51,958 nucleotides of DNA, taken from the NCBI GenBank assembly GCA_964590205.1, contig CAZPVO010000005.1, positions 1 through 51,958 on the forward strand, in the 5' to 3' direction. The stretch comes from an uncultured Candidatus Saccharibacteria bacterium. GTDB lineage: Bacteria > Patescibacteriota > Saccharimonadia > Saccharimonadales > JAGQNJ01. The notes under the pieces were generated by a model. It saw only the letters and a list, made by a program, of their open reading frames with translations, had not been told where the DNA came from and did not search any database. The position numbers and the translations under genes are program-made. Below are positions 10,155-19,870 of the stretch, in pieces. Numbering within the stretch: position 1 is the stretch's first letter; each line of letters opens with the position of its first letter.

Positions 10155-10186
10155 AAAAAAAGAGAGCCATCAAATTGATGACTCTC
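10155..10186 (-). terminator. Intrinsic terminator
   Basis: GAGAGTCATCA-ATT-TGATGGCTCTC followed by T7 on the minus strand. Confidence 0.75.
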
Positions 10187-10212
10187 CTCTTGTACTAGCC
10201 GGTCGTTCGTGC

Positions 10213-10674
10213 TTATAGTGGCTCTGGCCCTCCTCCTCGGTGGCCACCTGGTCTTACGACATATTGCTCGGGGATGTTATTGTCTTTAGCCCATTGAATC
10301 AGCTCATCGTGCTTGGTCTTCATCGCTGCATGACGTTCCTCGGGGGTTTTATCCTTTAAGGAATCCATGAAAGTCTTCATTTCTTGCAGCTTTGCGAGAA
10401 TCTGATCTTCTTGTGCCTGCGTTAACTTACCATCTTTGACGGCCTGGTCTAAACGCGCCTTCATATTTTGCTCACGCTTGGCTTCATGCTCGGCCCTGTT
10501 ATCGTCAAAAACTTTCTGGACATCATTCTTATTGAGATTAAATTTCTGGGCTATTTGATCTACTAAAGTTGATTGTCCTGAGCTTTGACTTTGAGCTGAA
10601 GCCAGCCCTACCCCTAATACAGCGCTGAGACCGATGGCAGTTGCAGCGGCTGCGACAACTAATTTTTTCTTGAT
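10213..10674 (-). CDS. Exported alpha-helical hypothetical protein
   Basis: Signal peptide (KKKLVVAAAATAIG..ASA) followed by charged helices. A strong AGGAGG SD lies 5 nt before an in-frame ATC, so the start is uncertain. Confidence 0.75.
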   Translation of the reverse strand: MKKKLVVAAAATAIGLSAVLGVGLASAQSQSSGQSTLVDQIAQKFNLNKNDVQKVFDDNRAEHEAKREQNMKARLDQAVKDGKLTQAQEDQILAKLQEMKTFMDSLKDKTPEERHAAMKTKHDELIQWAKDNNIPEQYVVRPGGHRGGGPEPL

Positions 10675-10762
10675 ACAATCCTCCTTTCGTTTGTGTGCTA
10701 CCCGTTTTTTGGTAGCTGAGCACATACTAGCCAATAAAGTTGAGAGCGAGCTGAAATAGATG

Positions 10763-11365
10763 TTAATGCAGTAGATTGTGAATAAACGTCACAATAATTG
10801 TACTGAGTCCAATCGTTACGGCAATACCAGTCACACCGATGACAATACCGACAATAACAATAATAATATCTTCTAAAATTAAGCCGAGTGACAACACAAC
10901 GACACCGAGTGCCGGTAATGTATCAAGGCCAGAAAATGGCGGCGCCAAAAAGGCTGCCAGCGAAAATACCAATACAATAAGTCCCATAACTGAGCGAAAC
11001 CATGTCTTTCCAATAATGCCACCTGCTCTACGACGCGAATACTTTTCGAACCAACGAATGCGGCGCATTAAAAATGGCAGAATTTTCTTGCGCGTTCGAT
11101 GACCAATCTCAGTTTTTTGCCAACGCTTGGGCAACCAAATGGTTGAACGACCGATGATTAGTTCGAGTGCGAGGAGCATCGCGATAACCTCAAAAACATG
11201 CGTGATACCACCGGTTGGCAACGGCAAGGCTGGAATGGCCAGTAGAAGCAAAAAAGCCAAAGCAAAACTTTTTTCAGCAAAAATCTCATCAAGACCGGCA
11301 ATTGTTTTGCTGCCCTTACTTTTGAGCCAAGTTTCTAGCTGTACGCTAAACGGAACTTTGTTCAT
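10763..11365 (-). CDS. exoD: ExoD family (exopolysaccharide synthesis) membrane protein
   Basis: Motifs LLLLAIPALPLP, WLPKR and LDTLPALGVVVLSLGL. Start set at ATG 11365. Confidence 0.8.
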   Translation of the reverse strand: MNKVPFSVQLETWLKSKGSKTIAGLDEIFAEKSFALAFLLLLAIPALPLPTGGITHVFEVIAMLLALELIIGRSTIWLPKRWQKTEIGHRTRKKILPFLMRRIRWFEKYSRRRAGGIIGKTWFRSVMGLIVLVFSLAAFLAPPFSGLDTLPALGVVVLSLGLILEDIIIVIVGIVIGVTGIAVTIGLSTIIVTFIHNLLH

Positions 11366-11392
11366 AACGAGTACTATAATACAATTTAGAGA

Positions 11393-11737
11393 ATGGAAAA
11401 TGACAAACAAGCTGAATTTGACCGCCTAAAGACCACGGCGTCGTATAGTAAAGTTGCTGCTGTCGCTATATTCTTTATAGTTTTTGGAGCATGGTTTTAT
11501 CACATTGTTGAGCATTTAAGTTGGCTCAACAGCTTTTATTTCACTGTCATTACACTGGCCACGGTTGGTTATGGTGACATTGTCCCTAAAACTGATGCTG
11601 GCAAGTTGTTCACGATATTTTACGTCTTTGTTGGGATTATTATCTTCTTAACTTTAGCCCGAATAGTTTTAGCCGGTGTTGCAGTAAAAATGCAACACCG
11701 GACTGAAGAGCGTCGTGAAAAAAAGCGGAAGCTTTAA
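11393..11737 (+). CDS. Two-TM potassium channel (KcsA-like) subunit
   Basis: Selectivity filter TVGYGD, pore helix SFYFTVITL and two TM segments. Confidence 0.92.
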   Translation: MENDKQAEFDRLKTTASYSKVAAVAIFFIVFGAWFYHIVEHLSWLNSFYFTVITLATVGYGDIVPKTDAGKLFTIFYVFVGIIIFLTLARIVLAGVAVKMQHRTEERREKKRKL

Positions 11738-11738
11738 C

Positions 11739-12134
11739 TTAAGCTTCGGCTTCGTTGCCGTGTACAACAAGCGCAAACAGAATCACAACATCGATAATTA
11801 AAGCTGCGATTGACCAGACTGGATATGCTGGTAAAAAGGCCAAGTTGGCGACTAGACCAAGTGCAGCAACAATTATCCCGACTACACGACCAAACATGCC
11901 GCCGTGAAACAGTGAAAATCCGGCAGTTAAAAAGATAACCGCGAGGATAAGGTGTACCCAGCCCCAAGCCGTGAAGTTAAATACTGACAGTGTCTGTGGT
12001 GTGACCACATAAAAACTTGGCTTCATCAGCGCGACGATGCCCATAAAAGCTTGGAAAAAAGCTCTTACTACTAATAAAATGCCGGCAAAATATACCCAGC
12101 CAACCCACCCGGTTGATTGATTTTGAGTTGCCAT
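11739..12134 (-). CDS. Four-TM membrane protein (DUF7144-like)
   Basis: GWVGWVYFAG, TAWGWVHL and AYPVWS patterns; AAGGAGG SD. Confidence 0.65.
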   Translation of the reverse strand: MATQNQSTGWVGWVYFAGILLVVRAFFQAFMGIVALMKPSFYVVTPQTLSVFNFTAWGWVHLILAVIFLTAGFSLFHGGMFGRVVGIIVAALGLVANLAFLPAYPVWSIAALIIDVVILFALVVHGNEAEA

Positions 12135-12230
12135 AGAGATAACCCTCCTTAGTTATACTATAATCATCGCTTATGCTAGCAAATATGTCAAATAACCGTG
12201 TTAATATTACAGCAACACCATATTTATAAA

Positions 12231-12923
12231 TTAAGTGAGTCGGGGCAGTTGTTCGAGTATAGGCTTGGATAGGTCGCCGCCTGTATGAATAATCTGATTG
12301 CCTGCAACTTGAGTCGCTCGTGTATTGTATGCCAGTACACGCTTGCCCTCAGTTGTTGCTAGCAGCCCATCGACAATTGCTACGTGCGATGCATAATAAA
12401 ATCCTGCGGCAGTCTGGAAGTCACTGATGACTATGCCTTCGTCGCCGTTTTTTTGAATTACAAGATCTTTTTCTTCGGATATTGGCGTAGCCATGTGTAC
12501 TGGTATGCCCATGCCGAGTCCATGCCGGTTTTCAAAAAAGTAATGTGGCTCCATCAGTGGCTGAACACCGCTAGCTTCATTAATTGGCCTCAGATCATGA
12601 TAAGCCATCCAGCGTTCCATAGGACCATTGAGATAGACATTTCGGTCGGCTCCATAATATTGCCCTTTTGCTAACATAACGCCGAACGCCACGCAATCAA
12701 CTCTGTTACCCTGTCTGAGGCGCTGCAGGCTCTTAACTATGGTTTTGGATATCTGTCTGGCGACTTCAGGTTTAACTGGCTGGGTCTGCCCATCAATAAC
12801 GACTTCTGACAACTGACCGGTAACAGATAGCGGATCACTAAGCACCGCGTACTGTACTTCCTGTGATTCAGGATTCTGTGGCGATGGTTCTGACTGGGTG
12901 TAAAACTCAAGTGCTTTCGACAT
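12231..12923 (-). CDS. Hypothetical protein
   Basis: 230-aa ORF with no recognised motif. Confidence 0.6.
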   Translation of the reverse strand: MSKALEFYTQSEPSPQNPESQEVQYAVLSDPLSVTGQLSEVVIDGQTQPVKPEVARQISKTIVKSLQRLRQGNRVDCVAFGVMLAKGQYYGADRNVYLNGPMERWMAYHDLRPINEASGVQPLMEPHYFFENRHGLGMGIPVHMATPISEEKDLVIQKNGDEGIVISDFQTAAGFYYASHVAIVDGLLATTEGKRVLAYNTRATQVAGNQIIHTGGDLSKPILEQLPRLT

Positions 12924-12952
12924 TATGTATATTATGTTATAAAACCTTAAAA

Positions 12953-12984
12953 AGTAAATAAGCCCTTTTGAGGGCTTATTTACT
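12953..12984. terminator. Perfect 14-bp inverted repeat, probable terminator
   Basis: AGTAAATAAGCCCT-TTTG-AGGGCTTATTTACT, located after the LPNTG gene. Confidence 0.75.
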
Positions 12985-13004
12985 AATCAAGCATTATCGC
13001 GAGA

Positions 13005-13625
13005 TTATTTGCGTCGAGAGATACGACGACGGATGTTGTGGACGATACCGGCAGCAGCACCGCTAGCAGCACTGATTCCAAGTACGTCACCAGCACCTGT
13101 ATTTGGTAGAGCCGTTGCTGTTACTTTAGCAGTAGGCTGAACCGGTGTTGGAGTAGGTGTTGGAGGAACAACAGGTTTACATTCTTCCCCACCATGAGCT
13201 GAGCTAACATATTGCCAGTCAGCGTAGTTTGGACCTGTACCATTACCACCAAGCATATTCGGTGACAAACCACGAAGTAAGTCAACTTGGTAAAAACACA
13301 GCGGTTTCTTAACAGTTAAACTGTGGAAACCAGGCGCAAATGTACCGCTTTTGCTGTCAACAAGTGTTTGCTTGTTGAATGGAACACCGTCTGTGCCGTT
13401 TGGAGCATTCCAAGAAGCAACGGTTACATCCTTTGTACAAGTAGTTGCATTTGCATCGATCTTTTTAACTTCAAAGTTAGCGGTTACAGTATCGGCACCA
13501 ACAGAGTAACTGCGGGCGTATACTTCACAAGCTAAATCATTTGTAGCTGCACTTGCTTTAACTGGGCTAACAACTGTTACACCAAGAACAAGCAAAGTGC
13601 TCATTAACATACTTAATTTCTTCAT
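13005..13625 (-). CDS. Secreted protein with LPXTG-type (LPNTG) sorting signal
   Basis: Signal peptide, Cys-containing domain, PT linker, then LPNTG, a hydrophobic stretch and RRRISRRK. Confidence 0.8.
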   Translation of the reverse strand: MKKLSMLMSTLLVLGVTVVSPVKASAATNDLACEVYARSYSVGADTVTANFEVKKIDANATTCTKDVTVASWNAPNGTDGVPFNKQTLVDSKSGTFAPGFHSLTVKKPLCFYQVDLLRGLSPNMLGGNGTGPNYADWQYVSSAHGGEECKPVVPPTPTPTPVQPTAKVTATALPNTGAGDVLGISAASGAAAGIVHNIRRRISRRK

Positions 13626-13729
13626 AAACTCCTATTCCTCCTTGGGTTTATGAATACATTAAACCACAGAAATACGGGAATGTCAATAAGCAAAAGCACT
13701 TTTTTTGTGTTTTGTAAAACCGCTTATGT

Positions 13730-14842
13730 TTACTTGATTTGGGCTTCTGATTCGCCTTCTGCCACTGTTGCCAGATAAACCTGGACCGTTGATAAGATGA
13801 GGATCATCAACACCGGTCCAATAACAATACCGATAAAGCCAAACATCGCGATACCGCTGAAGACAGCGAGCATCATCAGGGCCGGATTAATACGTGTCCC
13901 CTTCGGTACTAAGCGCGCTCGTAAGAAATTATCGACGTTCGTTACAACGACAACGTGAGTGAGGATCACAAAAGCACCTTGCCAGTAATCACCAAGTATC
14001 ATCATGATGATACCGATCGGAATGGTAATAATGCCGCTACCCAGTGGTACAACAGAGAATGCGCTTAAGATAAGCCACATAAAGAAGAAGATATTATGCC
14101 ACCCTACGATGTAGAGCGATGCTGCACCAATAAATCCTTGCACAAACGCAATAATAAACTGCCCTTTAATAACAGCCTTCGTCATATCTCCCATTTTTTG
14201 CATATATAGATCCGAAATTTTTGGCCCAAGTGGGTTTATTTTACGGAACATTTTTACCAGTTCCTCACCATGCGTTAAGAAACTGGCAAATACGAAGATA
14301 AATAAGATCAGATTGGTAAATATCTTTGGAATACTACCGATGGAGCTGATAATGAAATTTAGGAAGGCTTGTGCAGCTTTACTGGCAAAATCCTGAAGTG
14401 ATGAAACAACAGATGCGGTATCTATTTTGAGGGAACCTGGTAGCGACGCCAGCATATTATTGATGGTGTTATTAACACTTGTGCCAAGCGTGGTAATGTC
14501 GCTGGTGTGAATGGTTGGCAATGACTTCAGTAGGCTATTAATCTGAAGAACTGTTAGCAGCACAATAATAAGGATAGGAATAATGAGACACAGGAAAGCA
14601 ACTAACATCGTAAAGAGTGTGGCGACTCCCGGGCGATGCATTTTTTTATTAAACCGTTGGCGAAGTGGGTAAAACAGATAAGCAAGCATGCCCCCAACGA
14701 CAATAATCGAGATATAATGCCTCAGAAAATACGCACCAAACAATAGGCCAATTATTAAAGTAATGGTTAACGCGCGCTTTTCTTTGTCGTGCAGGGTTAT
14801 TTTCACTTGCTCGTCCTTATTTACAGATATTATACACGGCAT
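13730..14842 (-). CDS. AI-2E family transporter
   Basis: Motifs LAYLFYPL, DNFLRARLV, INPALMMLAVFSG and GFIGIVIGP. Exact start uncertain. Confidence 0.88.
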   Translation of the reverse strand: MPCIISVNKDEQVKITLHDKEKRALTITLIIGLLFGAYFLRHYISIIVVGGMLAYLFYPLRQRFNKKMHRPGVATLFTMLVAFLCLIIPILIIVLLTVLQINSLLKSLPTIHTSDITTLGTSVNNTINNMLASLPGSLKIDTASVVSSLQDFASKAAQAFLNFIISSIGSIPKIFTNLILFIFVFASFLTHGEELVKMFRKINPLGPKISDLYMQKMGDMTKAVIKGQFIIAFVQGFIGAASLYIVGWHNIFFFMWLILSAFSVVPLGSGIITIPIGIIMMILGDYWQGAFVILTHVVVVTNVDNFLRARLVPKGTRINPALMMLAVFSGIAMFGFIGIVIGPVLMILILSTVQVYLATVAEGESEAQIK

Positions 14843-14901
14843 ACACCCCGGTTAACTAAGTTATTAAGGTGAATGCGACTTTTTCGCGTATAATGCTGAT
14901 A

Positions 14902-17094
14902 ATGACCGGTTGGCTCTACAGACTTGGAAAACGTGTTGCTCATCTTGCTTGGCTTACTGTTGTAATATGGCTGATTGTTATCGGTGTTACAGTTTTTACG
15001 ACCATTAAATATGGTGGCAAGATATCAAACACCTTTAGTTTGCCTGGTTCGAATTCCCAGCGCGCAACGGATATTATTCAGAGTAAATTTCCTAACACTA
15101 ACAATGGGACAGCCCAAGTTGTTTTTCATGCTAGGGTTGGTTCGATTGCAAGCCCGGAAAACCAAGAAGCAATTAATCAATTGATGGGTAAAATTGGAGC
15201 ACTACCACATGTTGCCACTGCTCCATCACCATTTGCATTCGGCTCAAGTGGTGGTGTGGGAATCTCGCCTGACGGTACGATTGCCTACAGCACCGTTACC
15301 TATAACGCCCCAGTCGCCTCTCTAACTCATGAAGATATTCAGAATCTTACAAATGTTGTAAATCCGTACCGCACCGACCATCTACAGATAGAAATGGGCG
15401 GCACGCTGCTGACAACTTATAATGATCCAGATACCGGTACCTCTGAAAAAGTTGGTTTGATAGCTGCTGCAGTTATCCTACTTATTACGTTTGGTTCTTT
15501 TGTGGCAGCGGGCTTGCCGATTATCTCAGCGCTGACTGGCCTGGGCTTTAGCGCAATGCTGACGCTTATCTTGGCGCGCTTTATCAATATCCCAGCAAGT
15601 GGTCCGGCGGTTGCCACAATGATTGGAATTGGTGTTGGCATCGACTACGCTCTGTTTATTTTAAGTCGCCATCGAGAACACTTAGCCGTTGGAATGGAAA
15701 CAAAAGAATCAGTAGCACGAACTGTTGCCACTTCTGGCCAGGCCGTTATTGTGGCCGGCGGTACAGTGATCATTGCCAATATGGGGCTACTACTCGTAGG
15801 GATCCCTGTTATTTCGGCAATTGCATATGCCACGGCAATTGCTGTTGCCTGTGCAATCCTGGTATCAATTACGCTGTTCCCTGCAATCTTGAGCTTGCTT
15901 GGCAAACGAGTTAATGCCCTAGCGATTCCATTTTTGCATCGTAGTTCTGTCAAAACAGATACCCAGGCTGCTCACGAAAGTATTTGGGGCCGCTTGGCAC
16001 ATCACGTCACCAATCGCCCATGGCGCTATATCATCTGTTCATTAATTATCCTTGGACTTTTAATTGCACCAGTGTTTAAGTTACAGCTCGGTTCACCTAA
16101 TCCGGAAGCTGTCCCAGAAAAAGAAACTCAACGCCAAGCCTATGATCTGTTGAGCAAAGGGTTCGGTGTTGGTATTAACGATCCGTTGATTGTGGCTGTC
16201 GAGCTCCCGGCTAATAACCCGCAAGAAGGCTTTAACTCTTTGCAAGCGCTCAGTTATCAGATTGAACACAACGCAAACGTGGCAGTTGTATTGCCGCCTC
16301 AGGTTACCAGTGACAGATCAGCAGCAATTATTACAGTTATTCCTAAAACAGCACAGAATGATCCGGCAACATCTCAATTGGTACATCAGTTACAGGACAC
16401 CGCAATACCAAACGCCATTGGTAACACTAGTACAAAAGCCTACATTGGCGGTGTAACAGCAGCTTTCGTTGATATTACCAGCAAGATATCCGACCGGATG
16501 TTTATGTTTATTGGTGTCGTATTGCTTCTAACCTTCCTACTACTCATGATCGTCTTCCGCTCACTGTTTATCCCTCTTAAGGCTGTGGTTATGAATCTGT
16601 TGTCAGTGTTATCAGCCTTTGGTGTGATTGTGGTTCTTTTCCAATGGGGTTGGGGCAAAAATGTGATTGGACTTACTTCGGTCGGACCAATTGTCTCATA
16701 TGTACCGCTCATGATTTTTGCGATTCTATTTGGCCTGTCGATGGATTACGAGGTCTTTATTCTTTCTCGTGTGCGCGAAGAATATCACAAGACAAAAGAC
16801 AATAAAAAAGCGGTTGTCGAGGGTCTTACTCGTACCAGTCGCTTAATTACGGCCGCGGCATTAATTATGATCTCAGTATTTATGGCTTTTGTTATCTCTG
16901 ATGATCCAGTTGTAAAAATGTTTGGCGTGGGATTGGCCTTCGCTGTGTTGATCGATGCGACTATTATTCGACTTATTCTTGTGCCAGCTACCATGGATCT
17001 TGCCGGTAAAGCTAACTGGTGGTTCCCGAAGTGGCTCGATAAAATTATGCCAGACATTCATCTTGAGGATGAGTCACTATTTGACGACAAATAA
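14902..17094 (+). CDS. MMPL family (RND) transporter
   Basis: Motifs IGVGIDYALFILSRHRE, ILFGLSMDYEVFILSRVREE and DATIIRLILVPA. Start set at ATG 14902, 7 nt after TATAAT. Confidence 0.93.
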   Translation: MTGWLYRLGKRVAHLAWLTVVIWLIVIGVTVFTTIKYGGKISNTFSLPGSNSQRATDIIQSKFPNTNNGTAQVVFHARVGSIASPENQEAINQLMGKIGALPHVATAPSPFAFGSSGGVGISPDGTIAYSTVTYNAPVASLTHEDIQNLTNVVNPYRTDHLQIEMGGTLLTTYNDPDTGTSEKVGLIAAAVILLITFGSFVAAGLPIISALTGLGFSAMLTLILARFINIPASGPAVATMIGIGVGIDYALFILSRHREHLAVGMETKESVARTVATSGQAVIVAGGTVIIANMGLLLVGIPVISAIAYATAIAVACAILVSITLFPAILSLLGKRVNALAIPFLHRSSVKTDTQAAHESIWGRLAHHVTNRPWRYIICSLIILGLLIAPVFKLQLGSPNPEAVPEKETQRQAYDLLSKGFGVGINDPLIVAVELPANNPQEGFNSLQALSYQIEHNANVAVVLPPQVTSDRSAAIITVIPKTAQNDPATSQLVHQLQDTAIPNAIGNTSTKAYIGGVTAAFVDITSKISDRMFMFIGVVLLLTFLLLMIVFRSLFIPLKAVVMNLLSVLSAFGVIVVLFQWGWGKNVIGLTSVGPIVSYVPLMIFAILFGLSMDYEVFILSRVREEYHKTKDNKKAVVEGLTRTSRLITAAALIMISVFMAFVISDDPVVKMFGVGLAFAVLIDATIIRLILVPATMDLAGKANWWFPKWLDKIMPDIHLEDESLFDDK

Positions 17095-18240
17095 CTACTG
17101 TGTTGGCTTAGTTTGGTGTTGAGATTTTAAGGCCTCAGACAATTCGCGTTTGGCAAATGCCTGGCAAGCAGCTTTGGCATCGGCGTACATCATCTGATGT
17201 GGAGGTGTCTTTTGAGTCCAGGCGCTAGGCCCACGCAGTGCGCCGACAATACCCATTTCTTTTGCAACCTGCAGGTAGCGGATTGCGTCAATTACGACAC
17301 CTGCGCTGTTTTCGGAATCCTGCACTGATAATTTAAGATCAATGGTAACTGGCGCATCGCCAAAGCCGCGAAGGCGCAAATTGAAATAAGCAACTTTGTT
17401 ATCTTGAAGATATGGCAAATAAGTACTTGGTCCTGCGAACAAACTATTTTTTGGCACAGGAATTCCGCGAATATCGTTTTGAGCGCGAATAACATTTTCC
17501 TTGGATTTCTTTTTGCTCGCCAAACGACTTTGGACCATCATGTTGTTAAAGTCAGTATTGCCGCCGATGTTTAGCTGTTGATGAAAATCAACATGCATTC
17601 CTCTATCGAACGCTAACTCTTGCAAAACTTGACTGAGTACACTAGCTCCCAGTTGACTGCGCATATCATCCCCGACTATTGGTAACCCGGCATCGACAAA
17701 TTTCTTTTCCCATTTTGGATCGCTGGCAATGAACACGGGAATACAGTTTAAAAATGCTACACCAGCGTCAATCGCAGCTTGGGCGTAAAACTCAGTGGCC
17801 GTCTGCGAACCAACCGGCAAATAATTTACTAAAATATCTGCGCCACTGTCTTTGAGGGCTTGCACAACATCAATCGGTTTTTCATCTGATACCCGGAATG
17901 CCTCGTCTTCAGGTTGCTCGAGCATATAGTCTGATACACCGTCATGCACTTCACCCATTTGCACAACGGGACCGGCCGGCACATCAGGCATGAAAACGCG
18001 TGCACAGTTTGGTTTTGCAAAAATCGCTTGCCCAACTGGCATGCCAACTTTACGCTTATCGACGTCAAATGCAGCAACGACTTCGATATCGGTCGGTTTG
18101 TAGCCGCCAATATCTTGAAACATAATTCCTGGAACTTCTTTTTCACCATTTTTGGCGTAGAATGCAAAACCTTGATAGAGTGCTGAAAAACAATTACCGA
18201 CGCCAATAACGGCAATTTTAATTGTGTCTTTTTGCTTCAT
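17095..18240 (-). CDS. ino1: Myo-inositol-1-phosphate synthase
   Basis: Motifs IGVGNCFSALYQG, NYLPVGSQ, GDDMRSQLGA, QLNIGGNTDF and DSENSAGVVIDA. Confidence 0.93.
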   Translation of the reverse strand: MKQKDTIKIAVIGVGNCFSALYQGFAFYAKNGEKEVPGIMFQDIGGYKPTDIEVVAAFDVDKRKVGMPVGQAIFAKPNCARVFMPDVPAGPVVQMGEVHDGVSDYMLEQPEDEAFRVSDEKPIDVVQALKDSGADILVNYLPVGSQTATEFYAQAAIDAGVAFLNCIPVFIASDPKWEKKFVDAGLPIVGDDMRSQLGASVLSQVLQELAFDRGMHVDFHQQLNIGGNTDFNNMMVQSRLASKKKSKENVIRAQNDIRGIPVPKNSLFAGPSTYLPYLQDNKVAYFNLRLRGFGDAPVTIDLKLSVQDSENSAGVVIDAIRYLQVAKEMGIVGALRGPSAWTQKTPPHQMMYADAKAACQAFAKRELSEALKSQHQTKPTQ

Positions 18241-18311
18241 TTTCCCTCAGATTTGTAATCGAACAATGAACATAAGTGTAATGTTTTCGCCCACAATTTG
18301 CAAATTGACCC

Positions 18312-18572
18312 CTAGAAGATCTTGGTAGCAATAAAATCATTAATATGCACTGTTGCGTTGTGCGCTTTGTTTGGGTTATCGCCGGCTAGTTTGAGCCGAT
18401 CATCACTTACACCAAGTACACGCTTGATGATTTCTTTATCTCCTTGAGTGGCAATAATTACACGACCAAATTTGGGTTTGATATACGGTGAGGCTACTAC
18501 GATCTGCCCAGGTTTAAGCGTTGGCCACATACTGCTGCCAACTATTCTCCTGATGATCAAAAGCTTACGCAC
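18312..18572 (-). CDS. sodX: NiSOD maturation protease (S24/S26 family)
   Basis: Motifs GSSMWPTL, IIKRV and GDNP; overlaps the 3' end of sodN. Confidence 0.85.
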   Translation of the reverse strand: MRKLLIIRRIVGSSMWPTLKPGQIVVASPYIKPKFGRVIIATQGDKEIIKRVLGVSDDRLKLAGDNPNKAHNATVHINDFIATKIF

Positions 18573-18981
18573 TTAAGTTTTTAATGATCGTCTCGTAGTC
18601 GTAATTTTCTTTGGTCTTGGCAAACAATCGGCCAACTTCATCGACAAGATCGATCAGCTTCTGAGCATCCTCTTCCTTCATCGACTTTTTGGCGTCGCCG
18701 GCAGCTTTGGTGGCTCGCCAAAACAAATCATGAAGTTCAGGAAACTCCTTCACATGAGGCTCTTTAAAATAATCTGTCCAAAGTACCCATAAGTGTTCCT
18801 TAGTTAGTTGGGCACGTTGTTCTTTAATAATAATTGCCCGAGTCTTAAAAACTTCGTCGTCGGACTCATGGTACTTATGAACTGCGTTATAAACGGCTTG
18901 TGCTTCAATGCGGGCTTGAGCTGGGTCATACACTCCACAAAAAAGATCACAATGGGCATGCACGGGTTTTATGAATTTCAT
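18565..18981 (-). CDS. sodN: Nickel superoxide dismutase
   Basis: Short propeptide followed by the Ni-hook HCDLFCGVYDP; also KEHLWVLWTDYFK. Confidence 0.93.
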   Translation of the reverse strand: MKFIKPVHAHCDLFCGVYDPAQARIEAQAVYNAVHKYHESDDEVFKTRAIIIKEQRAQLTKEHLWVLWTDYFKEPHVKEFPELHDLFWRATKAAGDAKKSMKEEDAQKLIDLVDEVGRLFAKTKENYDYETIIKNLSA

Positions 18982-19072
18982 ATTTATCCTCCACTTTCTT
19001 AGCTGCTTTCATTATACCAGCAGTGTCTCGCTGCAACTTAAAAGTCAACTGAGGAAGGTGGAAGGCTCGAGC

Positions 19073-19225
19073 CTACTTCTTGGTTGGAACCTTACCACCT
19101 TTTTGACGAGCTTTACTAAGCCCGACCGCAATGGCCTGCTGACGGCTCTCATATTTGCCGCCATGTTTATGTTCGTGCATGGCCTTGCCTACCTCTTCCT
19201 GTGCCTTAGGCCCATACTTATTCAT
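19073..19225 (-). CDS. DUF6496-like small basic protein (50 aa, not in ORF track)
   Basis: Hand translation MNKYGPKAQEEVGKAMHEHKHGGKYESRQQAIAVGLSKARQKGGKVPTKK; GGAG SD upstream. Confidence 0.8.
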   Translation of the reverse strand: MNKYGPKAQEEVGKAMHEHKHGGKYESRQQAIAVGLSKARQKGGKVPTKK

Positions 19226-19255
19226 ACCTTCTTGTGCTCCCTATTTGCTCTTGAA

Positions 19256-19384
19256 CTAGCGACCCATGATGCTGTTAATCTCAGTCTCGGTTAACCACTT
19301 TTGGTAGTCTTCATATTTGCGTTGCCACTTAGCATTCATTTTTGCGATAAATTCTGAGCGTTGTTCTTCTGTTACAATGTTCAC
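19256..19384 (-). CDS. 42-aa small protein (not in ORF track)
   Basis: GTG start after a GGGAG SD; MNIVTEEQRSEFIAKMNAKWQRKYEDYQKWLTETEINSIMGR. Confidence 0.55.
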   Translation of the reverse strand: MNIVTEEQRSEFIAKMNAKWQRKYEDYQKWLTETEINSIMGR

Positions 19385-19503
19385 TTTTCTACTCCCTTAA
19401 AATTTACGGTTATCGTTGTTCTCTCAGGAGTGAGTGCTGGTGGCGAGCGACCCAAGCCGCTCACCCCCAATTGTCACCTCACATTGCGCGCCAAGTCATT
19501 TCT

Positions 19504-19674
19504 TTAATGTCTTGACGCGCCCCCCTTTTTTCCCGCTTCACTTGCCTTTTGGCGGTCATGTTTAAAGTTCCCGCTACTTGCCTTTCCACCTTTACTGGCG
19601 ATTGCACGTTGCTTGTCTTCGTCCATACTGGCGAATCCGCGCTTACTTGTGCCACTTCTTGTACTATCTGCCAT
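19504..19674 (-). CDS. KGG-repeat general stress protein (YciG/GsiB-like)
   Basis: RGFASMDEDKQRAIASKGGKAS.GNF..DRQKASEAGKKGG; GGAGG SD before ATG 19674. Confidence 0.9.
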   Translation of the reverse strand: MADSTRSGTSKRGFASMDEDKQRAIASKGGKASSGNFKHDRQKASEAGKKGGASRH

Positions 19675-19870
19675 AATGCCCCTCCTTTTCATTAACTGGC
19701 TCTTTGAGCATATCTCCCCTAGTACTAACCTGCAGTTAAGATTATTAGTTTTCATTTAAAAAAATATAACTTTTTTACATGTAAAAACTTCACAGTACAG
19801 TAGTTATTTGCACATAATGTTATTCAAAAAAAACTGTAGGAAAAAAACGACAGCGGGCTATAATGAGGTA

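Noticed and set aside
18971-19294. 107-aa plus-strand ORF
   Set aside because: It is the antisense shadow of the DUF6496-like and 42-aa genes, which have SDs and, for the former, a recognisable family.
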